Below are positions 1-11,598 of a DNA stretch of 64,000 bases, in pieces (position 1 is the stretch's first letter; each line of letters opens with the position of its first letter). The position numbers were made by a program, and so were the translations under genes. This DNA is from an uncultured Actinomycetes bacterium (GTDB lineage: Bacteria; Actinomycetota; Acidimicrobiia; IMCC26256; DASPTH01), in contig CAVWPI010000007.1 in the NCBI GenBank assembly GCA_963756895.1, positions 281,230-345,229 of the forward strand, written 5' to 3'. Below the pieces are notes generated by a model. That model saw nothing but the letters and a program-made list of their open reading frames with translations. It was not told the origin of the DNA and searched no databases.

Positions 1-654
1 TGATGGGCGAGTTCCTCCCCGACGACGGCATCATCGGCACCGTCACGCTGCTGATCGGGGGCGGGTTCGACACCACGACGTCGTTGCTCGCCGGCGCGCT
101 CGAGTGGCTCGACACGCCGCGTCGACGAGCGTGTGCGCCTGGTCGACGACACCGACTACATGAACACCGCCACCGAGGAGTTCCTGCGTTACTTCACGCC
201 CGCGCAGGGCGGAGGGCGCACGATCACGCAGGACTGCGAGGTCGCCGGGTTCCCGTTCTCGGCGGGCGACCGCATGTTCCTGTCGTACGCGATGTGCAAC
301 CACGATCCCGCGTCGTTCCCCGAGCCCGACGAGATCGTGCTCGACCGGTTCCCGAACCCGCACGCCGCATTCGGCCTGGGCGTGCACCGCTGCATCGGGT
401 CCAACCTGGCCCGGCTCGACTTCAAGATGATGCTGCGGGAGGCACTGGCGCGCATGCCCGACTACCGCATCGACCGCGCCGGCGTGGAGCAGTACGAGTC
501 GATCGGCACCATCAACGGCTACAAGCACCTCCCGGCGACGTTCACGCCCGGCCGGCGTGAGGGTCCACCACTCGCCGAGGTGCTCGACATGTGGCAGGCG
601 AAGCTCGACGTCGAGCCCGCACCCGAGAACCTGCGCGCGGAAGCGGGTTCGTGA
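1..654 (+). CDS. Cytochrome P450, C-terminal part (truncated by window edge; frameshift near 120)
   Basis: I-helix GGFDTT in ORF 3..560, then ExxR (EEFLR) and heme motif FGLGVHRCIG in ORF 133..654. Confidence 0.92.
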
Positions 655-851
655 TGGCGCGGGCGATCGTGAACGCGGAGCTCTGCCAGGGGCACACGCT
701 CTGCAACATGGCAGCCCCCGACGTCTTCCAACTCCGCGACGAGGACGGCCACGCCTACGTCGTCGTCGACGAGCTGACGCCCGAGCAGCTGCCGGCCGCC
801 CGCAAGGCGGAGCTCGGCTGCCCCGAACGCGCCATCACCGTCGAGGAGTGA
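654..851 (+). CDS. Ferredoxin ([3Fe-4S] type), likely P450 partner
   Basis: CQGHTLC...CPERAI; ATG overlaps the P450 stop (TGATG). Confidence 0.92.
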   Translation: MARAIVNAELCQGHTLCNMAAPDVFQLRDEDGHAYVVVDELTPEQLPAARKAELGCPERAITVEE

Positions 852-876
852 CGCCACCGGAAGACCCGACCAGCAG

Positions 877-921
877 GGTTGCGTCACATGAGGTCGTAGA
901 ACGACCCCGAGTGACGCAACC
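877..921. terminator. Palindrome between convergent genes (terminator or REP-like)
   Basis: GGTTGCGTCAC...GTGACGCAACC 11-bp perfect arms with inner GGTCGT/ACGACC stem. Confidence 0.6.
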
Positions 922-927
922 TCGTGG

Positions 928-2096
<1,169 letters not shown>

Positions 2097-2100
<4 letters not shown>

Positions 2101-3317
2101 GCGAGGAACTCCTCCACGGTCCTGGTGACGACGTCGAGGGTCTCGTCGCCGAAGGCGTGGCTCAGCGGCAGCAGCACGCCCCGTTCCATGACCGCGTCGG
2201 CGTGGGGCAGACCGTCGCCCGGTACCCGCACCGGCACGCCGCCGAGCATCGGCTGGCGGGTGACGTTGCCGGTCCAGATGGTGCGGGTGTCGATGCCGCG
2301 CCCGTCGAGGAACACCTGGAGGTCGGCGCGTTCGAAGCCGGCATCGGGCTCGATCATCAGCGGGTAGCCGAGCCACGCGGTCTCCAACTCGGGGAGCTGC
2401 TGCGGGAGCGCGAAGCGGTCGGTGTGCGCGGCGAACCACTCGGAGTACCGGGCGTGGTGTCGCCGACGCAGGTCCAGGTTCTCGGCGAGCTTCTCCAGTT
2501 GCACGAGCCCGAACGCTGCGCCCAGCTCCGACGGCTCGAAGTTCCACGCCACCTCGTCGAAGATGAACTGGTTGTCGTAGTGGATGCCGTCGAGGTCCTG
2601 CCAGAAGTCGTGCTCGCGCCGCTTCGATCCGAAGAAGTTGACCTCCGAACGCCTCCCCCACCGGCGGAGCATGACGGCCCGGTCGCGCCACGCGTCGTCG
2701 TCGACCATCACCATCCCACCGTTGCCGGCGCAGGTGATGACATGTGAGTTGGCGAAGCTGGTGACGCTGATGGTCGAGCGCGCGCCGGTCGGCGTGCCGC
2801 GCAGCGTCGCACCGAGCGTGTCGCACGAGTCCTCGACGACGGGGAGGTCGTGGCGTGCCGCGATCTCGGCGATGCGGTCCCAGTCGGGCGCGTTGCCGAT
2901 GAGGTTGGGGAACAGGAGCGCACCGGTGCGGTCGGTGATCATCTCCTCGATGCGGTCGACGTCGACGCAGTAGGTGAGGGGCGCGCAGTCGACGAAGACG
3001 GGGACCCAGCCGCCGCGCACGATCGGGGCGACGTCGGTGGAGAAGGTGAGCGCGCACGTGACCACCTCCGCACCGGGCGGGAGGGCGAGCAGCTCCAGCG
3101 CGAGGTACAGCGCCGACGACCCCGAGTTGCACATGACGCCGTGGGCCTTGCCGAAGCGTGCCGCCACCTCGCGCTCCATGCGCACGACGCGCCGTCCCGG
3201 CCACAAACCCTGCGGCCCCGAGCGCAGCACCTCGACGACCGCGTCGATCTCACGCTCGTCGTGCACGCTGCTCGAGTAGAAGATCCGCTCGTCGCCATCG
3301 CTCGCGCTCGCGCTCAC
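2097..3317 (-). CDS. DegT/DnrJ-family PLP enzyme, His-type (NDP-4-keto-6-deoxyhexose 3-dehydratase-like)
   Basis: NSGSSA, VVEDSCD, SFANSHVIT; GTG start overlaps the SDR stop. Confidence 0.85.
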
Positions 3318-4105
3318 GCCATCCACCGCCCGCCGTTGACGTCGAGGGTCTGGCCGGTGATCGAGCGGGCGCGATCGGAGGCGAGGAACACGATGGCATC
3401 GGCGATGTCGTCGGGGGTCGGCAGCCGTCGCAGCGCGGTGTCGGCCGCGATCTGCTCCTGCACCGCTTCGACCGTCGTGCCGCGCCGCTCGGCCATCCGG
3501 GTGAACATCGTCTCGGTGTTGGGACCGGGCACGAATCCCGGAACCACCACGTTCACGCGGATCCCATCGACGCCCACCTCGCGCGCCAGCGTCTGGGCGG
3601 CGACCGTGAGCGCGGCCTTCGTCGCCGCGTAGGCACCCTGGCCGGGATTGATCGCCCGCACCGCCAACGCCGAGACGGCCACGATCGCACCGTCGCCCGC
3701 CACCGCGAGGTGCGGGACCGCGGCGCGGAACAGCTCGAGTGGACCGAGCACGTTGACCAGCCAGCTCTGCTGCCAGTCGTCGAGGTCGGCGTGCATGATC
3801 GTGTGGTTCGGCGCGCCCTTCGCCGCGCTGCTCACCACGACGTCGAGACGATCGAAGTGCTCGACCGCGCGTTCGACCAGTGCACGGCACTGCGCGACGT
3901 CGCCGGTGTCGGTCGGGACCGAGAGCGCCCGCGCCCCGATGTCCTCGAGCTCGTCCTCGACTTCGCGGAGGTAGTCGGCGCGCCGGGCGGCGACGACCAC
4001 GTCGCAGCCCTCGCGCGCCAGCGCGAGCGCGGTCGACCGTCCGATGCCGGGTCCGACGCCGGTGACGATCGCGACCCGGCGGGCGTCGACGTCGGCGAGG
4101 CTCAC
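3314..4105 (-). CDS. SDR oxidoreductase
   Basis: TGVGPGIG, YAATK, LDVNGG. Confidence 0.92.
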   Translation of the reverse strand: MSLADVDARRVAIVTGVGPGIGRSTALALAREGCDVVVAARRADYLREVEDELEDIGARALSVPTDTGDVAQCRALVERAVEHFDRLDVVVSSAAKGAPNHTIMHADLDDWQQSWLVNVLGPLELFRAAVPHLAVAGDGAIVAVSALAVRAINPGQGAYAATKAALTVAAQTLAREVGVDGIRVNVVVPGFVPGPNTETMFTRMAERRGTTVEAVQEQIAADTALRRLPTPDDIADAIVFLASDRARSITGQTLDVNGGRWMA

Positions 4106-4172
4106 GGCGCCTCCATGGGCCGTTCGCTCACGCTCACGACACCTCCATGGGCCGTTCGCTCAGGCTCACGGC
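4099..4172. repeat. 32-bp tandem repeat, ~2.3 copies
   Basis: GGCTCACGGCGCCTCCATGGGCCGTTCGCTCA / CGCTCACGACACCTCCATGGGCCGTTCGCTCA / GGCTCACGGC. Confidence 0.85.
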
Positions 4173-4618
4173 CGTGCCGCGCCGAAGTCGTCGGCCATGC
4201 GGGCGAGCAACCGGGCGAGCTCGGTCAGCTCGCTCGCCTTCCACCCGGCCAGGGCGTCGCCGGCCGCGGCCACCGACGCGGCCCGGAGGCGGCGGTACGC
4301 GTCGCGACCCTTGGCGGTGATCTCCACGACAACCGCGCGGCCGTCGGACCCGTCGGAACCACGGGTGACGAACCCGTGCTCTGCCAGGTGACCCAGCTCC
4401 CGGCTGGCGAGTGGCGCCACCATGCCCGCCCGCCGGGCCACCGCCGACACCCGCTGCGGGCCACCCCGCTCGAGCACCCCCAAGATGCCCATGCCCGGGG
4501 CGGACACGTCGACGCCAGCCCGGTCGGCCCGGCGGCGCGCCGCCATGACGCTCGACCCCGACCGTCCGATGCGGCCCATCGACCGCTCGATCTGCTCCAG
4601 CGCCTCGGCCCGTCGCAC
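4166..4618 (-). CDS. MarR-family regulator
   Basis: wHTH pattern SRELGHLAEHGFV...DGRAVVVEITAKG. Confidence 0.85.
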   Translation of the reverse strand: MRRAEALEQIERSMGRIGRSGSSVMAARRRADRAGVDVSAPGMGILGVLERGGPQRVSAVARRAGMVAPLASRELGHLAEHGFVTRGSDGSDGRAVVVEITAKGRDAYRRLRAASVAAAGDALAGWKASELTELARLLARMADDFGAARP

Positions 4619-4706
4619 GACGCGGAGCGTACCGCAGCACTTGCGGCGACGACGTCGAGATCCTTAACATTGTTCTCTACTTGGCGGATCGATCGAAGGG
4701 GACGAC

Positions 4707-5504
4707 ATGGGACGGCTCGAGCAGCGGGTCGCGGTGATCACCGGCGGCGGCGAGGGCATCGGCAAGGGCATCGCCCGCCGCTTCGCCGAAGAGGGCGCTC
4801 GTCTCCTGATCGCGGAGATCGACGAGGATCGCGGTCGCACCACCGCCGACGAGCTGGCGTCGTCGACCGGCGCCGAGACGCTCTTCGTGCGCACCGACGT
4901 CGGCCGCAAGGGCGACAACGAGGCGATGATCGATGCCGCCGTCGAGCGGTGGGGCACGATCGACATCCTCGTGAACAACGCCTGGGGTGGTGGCAAGATC
5001 AGCCGCGCCGAGCTCAAGACCGACGCGCTCATCGACCACGGTCTCGCCATCGGCTTCCGCGGACCGCTCTGGGCGATGCAGGCCGCCTTTCCCACCATGA
5101 ACGCGAACGGCTACGGCCGCGTGATCAACATCTGCTCGCTGAACGGCGTGAACGCGCACATCGGCACGCTCGAGTACAACACCGCCAAGGAGGCGCTGCG
5201 GGCGGCGACCCGTACTGCGGCGCGGGAGTGGGCGAGCACCGGCATCGTGCTCAACGTGATCTGCCCGGCCGCGAAGTCGTTCACCTTCAAGGAGGTGATG
5301 GCCGAGCACCCCGAGCTCGTCGCCGCCGCCGACGCCAGCAACCCGATGGGGCGCATCGGCGACACCTACGAGGACATCGCGCCGGTTGCCCTCTTCCTCG
5401 CCAGCGACGACTGCCGCTACCTCACCGGCAACACGCTCTTCGTCGACGGGGGCAGCCACATCAACGGCTCGGCCTGGGCGCCCGACCTCCCCGACGAGCC
5501 GTAG
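4707..5504 (+). CDS. SDR oxidoreductase
   Basis: TGGGEGIG, VNNA, YNTAK, LFVDGG. Confidence 0.92.
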   Translation: MGRLEQRVAVITGGGEGIGKGIARRFAEEGARLLIAEIDEDRGRTTADELASSTGAETLFVRTDVGRKGDNEAMIDAAVERWGTIDILVNNAWGGGKISRAELKTDALIDHGLAIGFRGPLWAMQAAFPTMNANGYGRVINICSLNGVNAHIGTLEYNTAKEALRAATRTAAREWASTGIVLNVICPAAKSFTFKEVMAEHPELVAAADASNPMGRIGDTYEDIAPVALFLASDDCRYLTGNTLFVDGGSHINGSAWAPDLPDEP

Positions 5505-5529
5505 GCCGACGCGCCGTAGGCTCGCCCCC

Positions 5530-6692
5530 GTGACGGGGGAAGATGCGCGACCGCGCGGGGGGCCGCTCGCCGGCGTCACCGTGCTCGAGTTGGGGGGCAT
5601 CGGTCCGCTCCCCCTGTTCGCCATGCTCTACGCCGACCTCGGCGCCCGCATCATCCGCGTCGATCCCGCCGGACCCGCGTACGGGACCATCGGCCCGCAC
5701 CTCTGGATCTACCGCGGCCAGGAGTCGGTGACGATCGACCTGCGCCAACCGCGGGGCCAGGAGCTCCTGCTGCACCTCGTCGACCGCGCCGACATCCTGG
5801 TGGAGGGATACCGGCCCGGCGTCGCCGAGCGCCTCGGCGTGGGTCCCGACGTCTGCCTCGCCCGCAACCCGCGCCTGGTCTACGGGCGGATGACCGGCTG
5901 GGGCGAGGGTGGCCCACTCTCCGACCGGGGTGGCCACGACATCAACTACATCGGTCTCACCGGCGCGTTGGAGGCGATGGGGCCCCCGGACGCGCCCCCG
6001 CCGGTGCCGCTCAACCTCGTCGGCGACTTCGGCGGCGGAGCGATGATGCTGGCGATGGGCGTGCTCGCCGCGCTGCACGAGCGCGAGCAGAGCGGGCGCG
6101 GTCAGGTCGTCGAAGCGGCGATGTCCGACGGCACGCTCGCGTTGATGGCGCTCTTCTACGCGATGCGCGACGCCGGCCACTGGGTCGATGCGCGCGGCGC
6201 CAACCAGCCGCAGGGGTTCGCGCCCTTCTACCGGTGCTACGAGACCAGCGACGGCGGCTACTTGGCGGTCGGTGCCGTCGAAGGGAAGTTCTACGTCGCA
6301 TTGCTCGACGGCCTCGGGTTCGATCCCGCGCTCGCGGCGACGCAGCACGACCGCGCGCAGTGGTCCGCACTCATGCCGGTGTTCGAGGAGACGTTCCGCT
6401 CGCGCACGCGTGCAGAGTGGGAAGCAGTGTTCGCGACGCGCGCGATGCGTGCGTCACGCCCGTCTTGAGCATGATCGAAGCGCCCGCGCACCCGCACAAC
6501 GCCGAGCGAGACTCCTTCGTCGACGCGAACGGTCACCTGCAGGTCGCCCCGCCCGTGCGGTTCGATCGCACGCCGGCGACCATCGGCGGTCCGTCGCCGG
6601 AGGCCGGTGCGGACAACGACCGCGTGTTCGCCGAGCTGGGACTCGACGCCGACGAGATCGAGAAGCTGCGCGCCGACGGCACGATCGGATGA
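5530..6692 (+). CDS. CaiB/BaiF CoA-transferase III (alpha-methylacyl-CoA racemase-like); frameshift near 6440
   Basis: LAGVTVLELGGIGP, EGYRPGVAERLG, GHDINY, NLVGDFGGG; C-terminus in ORF 6234..6692. Confidence 0.9.
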
Positions 6693-6705
6693 ACCGGAGG
6701 ACACC

Positions 6706-7767
6706 ATGACCGAAACCTGCCGAGCCGCCGTCTTCATGGGCGATCACACCTACGACGTGCGCGAGTTCACGGTCCCCGATCCGCCGCCGGGCGGCGCGGT
6801 GCTGCAGGTCGAGGCGGTCGGGCTGTGCGGCAGCGACGTGGCGCAGTACGGGGGCATCGAGCTCGTGCCGGGCGCCTGCGCGTTCCCGGTCGTCCCCGGC
6901 CACGAGACCGTCGGGCGCGTCGTGAAGCTCTCGCCCGACGCCGAGCTCGGCGTGGACGAGGGCGACCGCGTCGCGGTGAACGAGATCCTCATGGCGGCGG
7001 GGCCGTTGCGGCTCTACGGCTACTCCGACATGCGCGGCGACGGTGAGCTCGGGCTCTGGGGCGGCTACGGCGAGTACATGGAGATCTTCCCCGGCACCGA
7101 GCTGCACCGGATGTCGACCACGGCGCCGGCCGAGCACCTCACGCTGTTCGAGCCGCTGGCGAGCGCGGTGCACTGGGTCGACATCGTGGGCGTGCACGAG
7201 AAGGAGACGGTCGTCGTGCAGGGCCCGGGTCACCAGGGCCTGGCGGTGCTGGAGGCGGTGCTGGCGAAGCAGCCGCGCCAGGTGATCGTCACCGGCACGT
7301 CGGACGACGGGATCCGCCTCGACGCCGCGAAGGAGATCGGCGCATCGAACGTGGTGATGGTCGACGTCGAAGACGCGCACACCGTCGTCTACGACCTCAC
7401 CCGCGGTCAGGGGGCCGACGTCGTCTTCGACGTGGCGACGGCCACCGCGACCGTGCCCATGGCCGTCGACCTGGCCCGCAGCGGTGGTCGGATCCTGCTG
7501 GCCGGGTTGAAGCACTTCGACGCGATTCCCGGGCTGGTCACCGACCACATCGTGCTGAAGAGCCTGCAGCTCTTCGGCGGGGCCGGGTTCACCCCGGCGT
7601 CGATGGCGGCCGCGGTCGCGCTCATCGAGTCGGGCGGGGTGCGCGCCGACGTCGTCGCCGGCGAGGTGTTCGACCTCGACCACATCGACGACGCCATGGC
7701 GCTGCTCACCCGCAGCGTCCCCGGCCGCGACGCCGTCCGCGTCGGCCTCAAACACACCCGCTCCTAG
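6706..7767 (+). CDS. Zn-dependent alcohol dehydrogenase (MDR family)
   Basis: GLCGSD, GHE, GPGHQG; RBS GGAGG upstream. Confidence 0.9.
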   Translation: MTETCRAAVFMGDHTYDVREFTVPDPPPGGAVLQVEAVGLCGSDVAQYGGIELVPGACAFPVVPGHETVGRVVKLSPDAELGVDEGDRVAVNEILMAAGPLRLYGYSDMRGDGELGLWGGYGEYMEIFPGTELHRMSTTAPAEHLTLFEPLASAVHWVDIVGVHEKETVVVQGPGHQGLAVLEAVLAKQPRQVIVTGTSDDGIRLDAAKEIGASNVVMVDVEDAHTVVYDLTRGQGADVVFDVATATATVPMAVDLARSGGRILLAGLKHFDAIPGLVTDHIVLKSLQLFGGAGFTPASMAAAVALIESGGVRADVVAGEVFDLDHIDDAMALLTRSVPGRDAVRVGLKHTRS

Positions 7768-7770
7768 CCA

Positions 7771-7815
7771 TTTGGCGTGGCAGACCCGCGCATATCGCGG
7801 GTTCGCCACGCCAAA
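7771..7815. repeat. Intergenic palindrome (REP-like or terminator)
   Basis: TTTGGCGTGGC...GCCACGCCAAA arms with inner CCCGCG/CGCGGG stem. Confidence 0.6.
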
Positions 7816-7849
7816 ACGGAATCCGGTAACGCCGGGTACTGTCGGGTCC

Positions 7850-9280
7850 ATGCTGTACATCAACGGGGAATGGCGGGACGCGACGTCGGGGGCGACGTTC
7901 GCCTCCACGAATCCGGCGACGGGTGACGAGATCGGCACCGCGGCCGACGGCGGTGTCGCCGACATGCAGGCGGCGATCGAGGCCGCCGACGCCGCGTTCG
8001 CCGAGTGGTCCACCCGCACCGCGTACGAGCGCTCGAAGTACCTGTACCAGGCGTACCAGCTCATGCTCGAGCGGCGCGAGGCGCTGGCCAAGCTCATGAC
8101 CGAGGAGCAGGGCAAGCCGATCCGCATGGCCCGCAACGAGGTGGGCTACGCGGCCGACTTTCTACTGTGGTTCGCCGAGGAGGCCAAGCGGGTCTACGGC
8201 GAGACCATCCCGTCGGCCCGCGCCGACCAGCGCTTCCTCGTGCTGCGCCAGCCCGTCGGGGTCGTGGGTGCGATCACGCCGTGGAACTACCCGGTGTCGA
8301 TGCTCACCCGGAAGATCGCGCCCGCGCTCGCGGCCGGATGCACGATCGTGCTCAAGCCGGCCGAGCAGACGCCGCTGCTCGCGGTCGAGGTGTTCAAGAT
8401 CTTCGAGGAGATCGAGCTGCCCGCGGGCGTCGTGAACCTCGTCACCACCGCGCAGCCCGAGACCGTCGGCTCCGAGCTGGTCACCCACCCGCTCGTGCGC
8501 AAGATCACCTTCACCGGCTCGACCGAGGTCGGCAAGCTCATCGCGCAGCAGGCCGCGGCCGGCGTCAAGCGCGTCAGCATGGAGCTCGGGGGCCACGCGC
8601 CGTTCATCGTGTTCGACGACGCCGACCCCGTGCACGCGGCCAAGGGTGCCGCGGCGGTCAAATTCCTCAACACCGGCCAGGCGTGCATCTGCCCGAACCG
8701 CATGCTCGTGCAGCGCGGCATCGCCGAGCAGTTCACCGCCACGATGGAGGAGCGCTTCGCCAAGTTGCAGGCCGGCAGCGGCTTCACCGACGGCGTGACC
8801 GTCGGACCGCTGATCGACGCCGACGCGCTGGCGAAGATGGAGCGGCAGGTGGCCGACGCGCTCGACAAGGGTGCGCGCCTGATCACGGGCGGCGAGCGCC
8901 TCACCGCCGACGGGCTCGACGCCGGGTGCTTCTACGCGCCCACGCTGCTCGCCGACGTCACCCCCGACATGCTGATCTACCGCGAGGAGACCTTCGGTCC
9001 CGTCGCGCCGGTGATCGTGTTCGACGACGACGACGAGGCCATCGCGATGGCGAACGACACCGACTACGGGCTGGCGTCGTACGTGTACACCCAGTCGCTC
9101 TCCCGGGCGTTCCGCGCCGTCGAGGCCCTGAAGTTCGGCATGGTCGGCGTGAACGACATCAACCCGACGTCGGCGGCGGCGCCATTCGGCGGCGTGAAGC
9201 AGTCGGGCCTCGGCAGCGAGGGCGCCCGCGAGGGCATCAACGAGTACCTCGACACCAAGCTCGTCGGCCTCTCCGTCTGA
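7850..9280 (+). CDS. gabD: NAD-dependent succinate-semialdehyde dehydrogenase-like ALDH
   Basis: ITPWNYP, FTGSTEVG, ELGG, GQACIC, EETFGP, PFGGVKQSG. Confidence 0.85.
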   Translation: MLYINGEWRDATSGATFASTNPATGDEIGTAADGGVADMQAAIEAADAAFAEWSTRTAYERSKYLYQAYQLMLERREALAKLMTEEQGKPIRMARNEVGYAADFLLWFAEEAKRVYGETIPSARADQRFLVLRQPVGVVGAITPWNYPVSMLTRKIAPALAAGCTIVLKPAEQTPLLAVEVFKIFEEIELPAGVVNLVTTAQPETVGSELVTHPLVRKITFTGSTEVGKLIAQQAAAGVKRVSMELGGHAPFIVFDDADPVHAAKGAAAVKFLNTGQACICPNRMLVQRGIAEQFTATMEERFAKLQAGSGFTDGVTVGPLIDADALAKMERQVADALDKGARLITGGERLTADGLDAGCFYAPTLLADVTPDMLIYREETFGPVAPVIVFDDDDEAIAMANDTDYGLASYVYTQSLSRAFRAVEALKFGMVGVNDINPTSAAAPFGGVKQSGLGSEGAREGINEYLDTKLVGLSV

Positions 9281-9306
9281 CCCTCCCCACCCTCCCTCGA
9301 CGAACA

Positions 9307-9345
9307 TGCGTCAAGGTTGCGGAATAGTTGCGCAACTTTGACGCA
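9307..9345. repeat. Intergenic palindrome (REP-like or terminator)
   Basis: TGCGTCAAGGTTGCG...CGCAACTTTGACGCA, 14/15 complementary. Confidence 0.6.
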
Positions 9346-9363
9346 GGAACGCATGGTGTGGGG

Positions 9364-10494
9364 ATGGAGATGAGCACGGATCGGGAGCGCAACCTCGAGG
9401 TCGTCGAGCAGTTCTTCAGCGGGCCGCGCGACCTCGACCGCCTGTCGCTGATGAGCGACGACTGCGAGTGGTTCAACGGGATCGGCAAGTTCCCGGCCGC
9501 GCCCGGACAGACCACGTTCGTGGGCAAGGACGAGATCGGGCGCGTCGTCCTCGGGCGGGCACCGTCGCCCACGCCGCCGAGTGGACGCAAGGTCGACCGC
9601 TACGACCTCACCACCGCCCGCTTCCACGACGTCCACGCCGTCGCCGACGGTCCGTACGTGTTCCGTCAGCACGGCTACACCGCGACCACGCTCGGCGGCC
9701 GCGACTACGCCAACTTCTACGGCTTCCTCTTCCGCTTCGACGGCGACGGCCTGATCGACCGCGTGTGGGAGCACTGGGGCACGCTCGCCGCGTACGAGCA
9801 GCTCTTCCAGAGCGATCTCGTGGTGCACGACCCCGACGAACTGCTCATGACCACGCCGTCGGTGCGGCTTCGGCTCGACCTCGAGCGGCCGGTCGAACGC
9901 GAGGTGATCGAACGATGCCTCGACGTCGCGGTGCACGCGCCCAACGGCTCGAACACCCAGCCCTACAAGTTCATGTGCGTCGACGACCCCGATCGGAAGC
10001 TCGCGATCGCCGAGCTCTACCGCGACGCGATGTCGAAGTTCGTGAACCGGGCGCGCACCGACGCGCCCGAGGACAACGTCGACCGCACCACCGAGAAGCA
10101 GCAGCGCATCGCCCGCAGCGTGTTCCACCTCCGCGACCACCTGCACGAGGTCCCGGTGCTGTGCGTCCCGATCGTCGCCGGCCGCACCGACGGCCTCGGC
10201 AAGGGCGCGCAGGCCGAACGCACGGAAGTGTTCTGGCAGGCGAGCCGCTGGGGGTCGGTGATCCCGACGCTGTGGTCGTTCATGCTCGCGCTGCGCTCAC
10301 GCGGCCTCGGCTCCGCGTGGACCACGCTCACGCTGTTCCGCGAGCGTGAGATGGCCGAGCTCCTCGACCTGCCGTTCGACGAATGGATGCAGGTCGGGCT
10401 GTTCCCGATCGCGTACACCCACGGAACGGATTTCGCGGTGACGCCGCGCGAACCCGGCGCCGAGCACCTGCGCTGGAACAGCTACAAGCGGTAG
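9364..10494 (+). CDS. SnoaL/NTF2-like domain fused to a nitroreductase-family domain
   Basis: N-half ends YANFYGFLFRF-DG-LIDRVWEHW; C-half TTPSVR...APNGSNTQP...LALRSRGLGSAWTT. Confidence 0.82.
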   Translation: MEMSTDRERNLEVVEQFFSGPRDLDRLSLMSDDCEWFNGIGKFPAAPGQTTFVGKDEIGRVVLGRAPSPTPPSGRKVDRYDLTTARFHDVHAVADGPYVFRQHGYTATTLGGRDYANFYGFLFRFDGDGLIDRVWEHWGTLAAYEQLFQSDLVVHDPDELLMTTPSVRLRLDLERPVEREVIERCLDVAVHAPNGSNTQPYKFMCVDDPDRKLAIAELYRDAMSKFVNRARTDAPEDNVDRTTEKQQRIARSVFHLRDHLHEVPVLCVPIVAGRTDGLGKGAQAERTEVFWQASRWGSVIPTLWSFMLALRSRGLGSAWTTLTLFREREMAELLDLPFDEWMQVGLFPIAYTHGTDFAVTPREPGAEHLRWNSYKR

Positions 10495-11595
10495 ATCCGC
10501 GCCGCGTTGCCGCCCACCATCAGGCGCATCTCGTCGACGGGCACATCGTCGAAGTGCGTGTGGATCACCTGCTGCGACTCCGGCCACGTGCAGTCGGGGT
10601 GGGGGTAGTCGGTCGCCCAGAGCAGGTTCCCGACCCCGATCTCGTGGCGGTTGGCCACGCCGAACTCGTCCTCTTCGAACGTGGCGAACATGTTCTGGTG
10701 CCAATAGTGGCTCGGGCGCTCCGGCAGGTTCATGCCGAGCTGCTCCCAGCCGTGGCGGTCGGACATCCGGTCGAGGCGGGTGAGGAAGTAGGGCAGCCAG
10801 CCGAGCCCGGCCTCGACGAAGCCCACCTGGAGGCGGGGGTGGCGCACGAAGATCCCGGGCAGCAACCAGCTCGCCATCGCTTCGGCCATGTACATCGACG
10901 GCAGCGACTGGAAGATGCCCTTGGCCGGCGTCGGGTCGCGGTCCATGAGCTCGAACAGGTACTCGTTGGCGCCGGTGTGCTGGCTGATCGGGATGCCGAG
11001 GTCTTCGATGGCCGACCACAGCGGGTCGTACACCTCGTCCCAGTACGGCGCGAGGTCGACGTCGGACGGGTAGAGCGGGAGCTGCACCGCGTGCGCGCCC
11101 TCGTTGGCGATGCGCTGCACCTCCTTCAGCGCGCACTCGGCGTCGTGCAACGGGAGGATGTAGACGGGGATGAGTCGTGACGGGTCGACCGACGCGAACT
11201 CGATCGCGGCGTCGTTGGTCGCCTGGAACGCGGCGAGGCACGCGTCGGCGTCCAACGAGTAGAACTCGGCGCCGCCGGTCGCGTTCGCGTACAGCACCTC
11301 GGCATCGACCTGGTCGATGTCCATGTCCTTCAGCCGCTCGTGGGGGTCGTACGCGCCGGGGCGACCGGCCGCCTCCCACGGCTTCTCGGTCGGCAGGCCC
11401 ACCGTCGGCGCCGCCGCGCCTGCCTTGTTCTTGAGCTGCTTCTGCGGCTTGCCCTCGAGGATGCGCTGGTGCTGCGCCATGCAGCGCGCCCTGGTACGCC
11501 TCGTGGTGCTGGCGCGGCAGGTGCCCGAGGATCTTCTCGGGCTTCAGCTCGAGGTGCGAGTCGGCGGAGATGATGCGTTCGGTCACGTGGTCCAC
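10482..11595 (-). CDS. Amidohydrolase_2-family protein; frameshift near 11485
   Basis: IISADSH, SQHTG, VEAGLGW, WATDYPH. Confidence 0.9.
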
Positions 11596-11598
11596 CCT

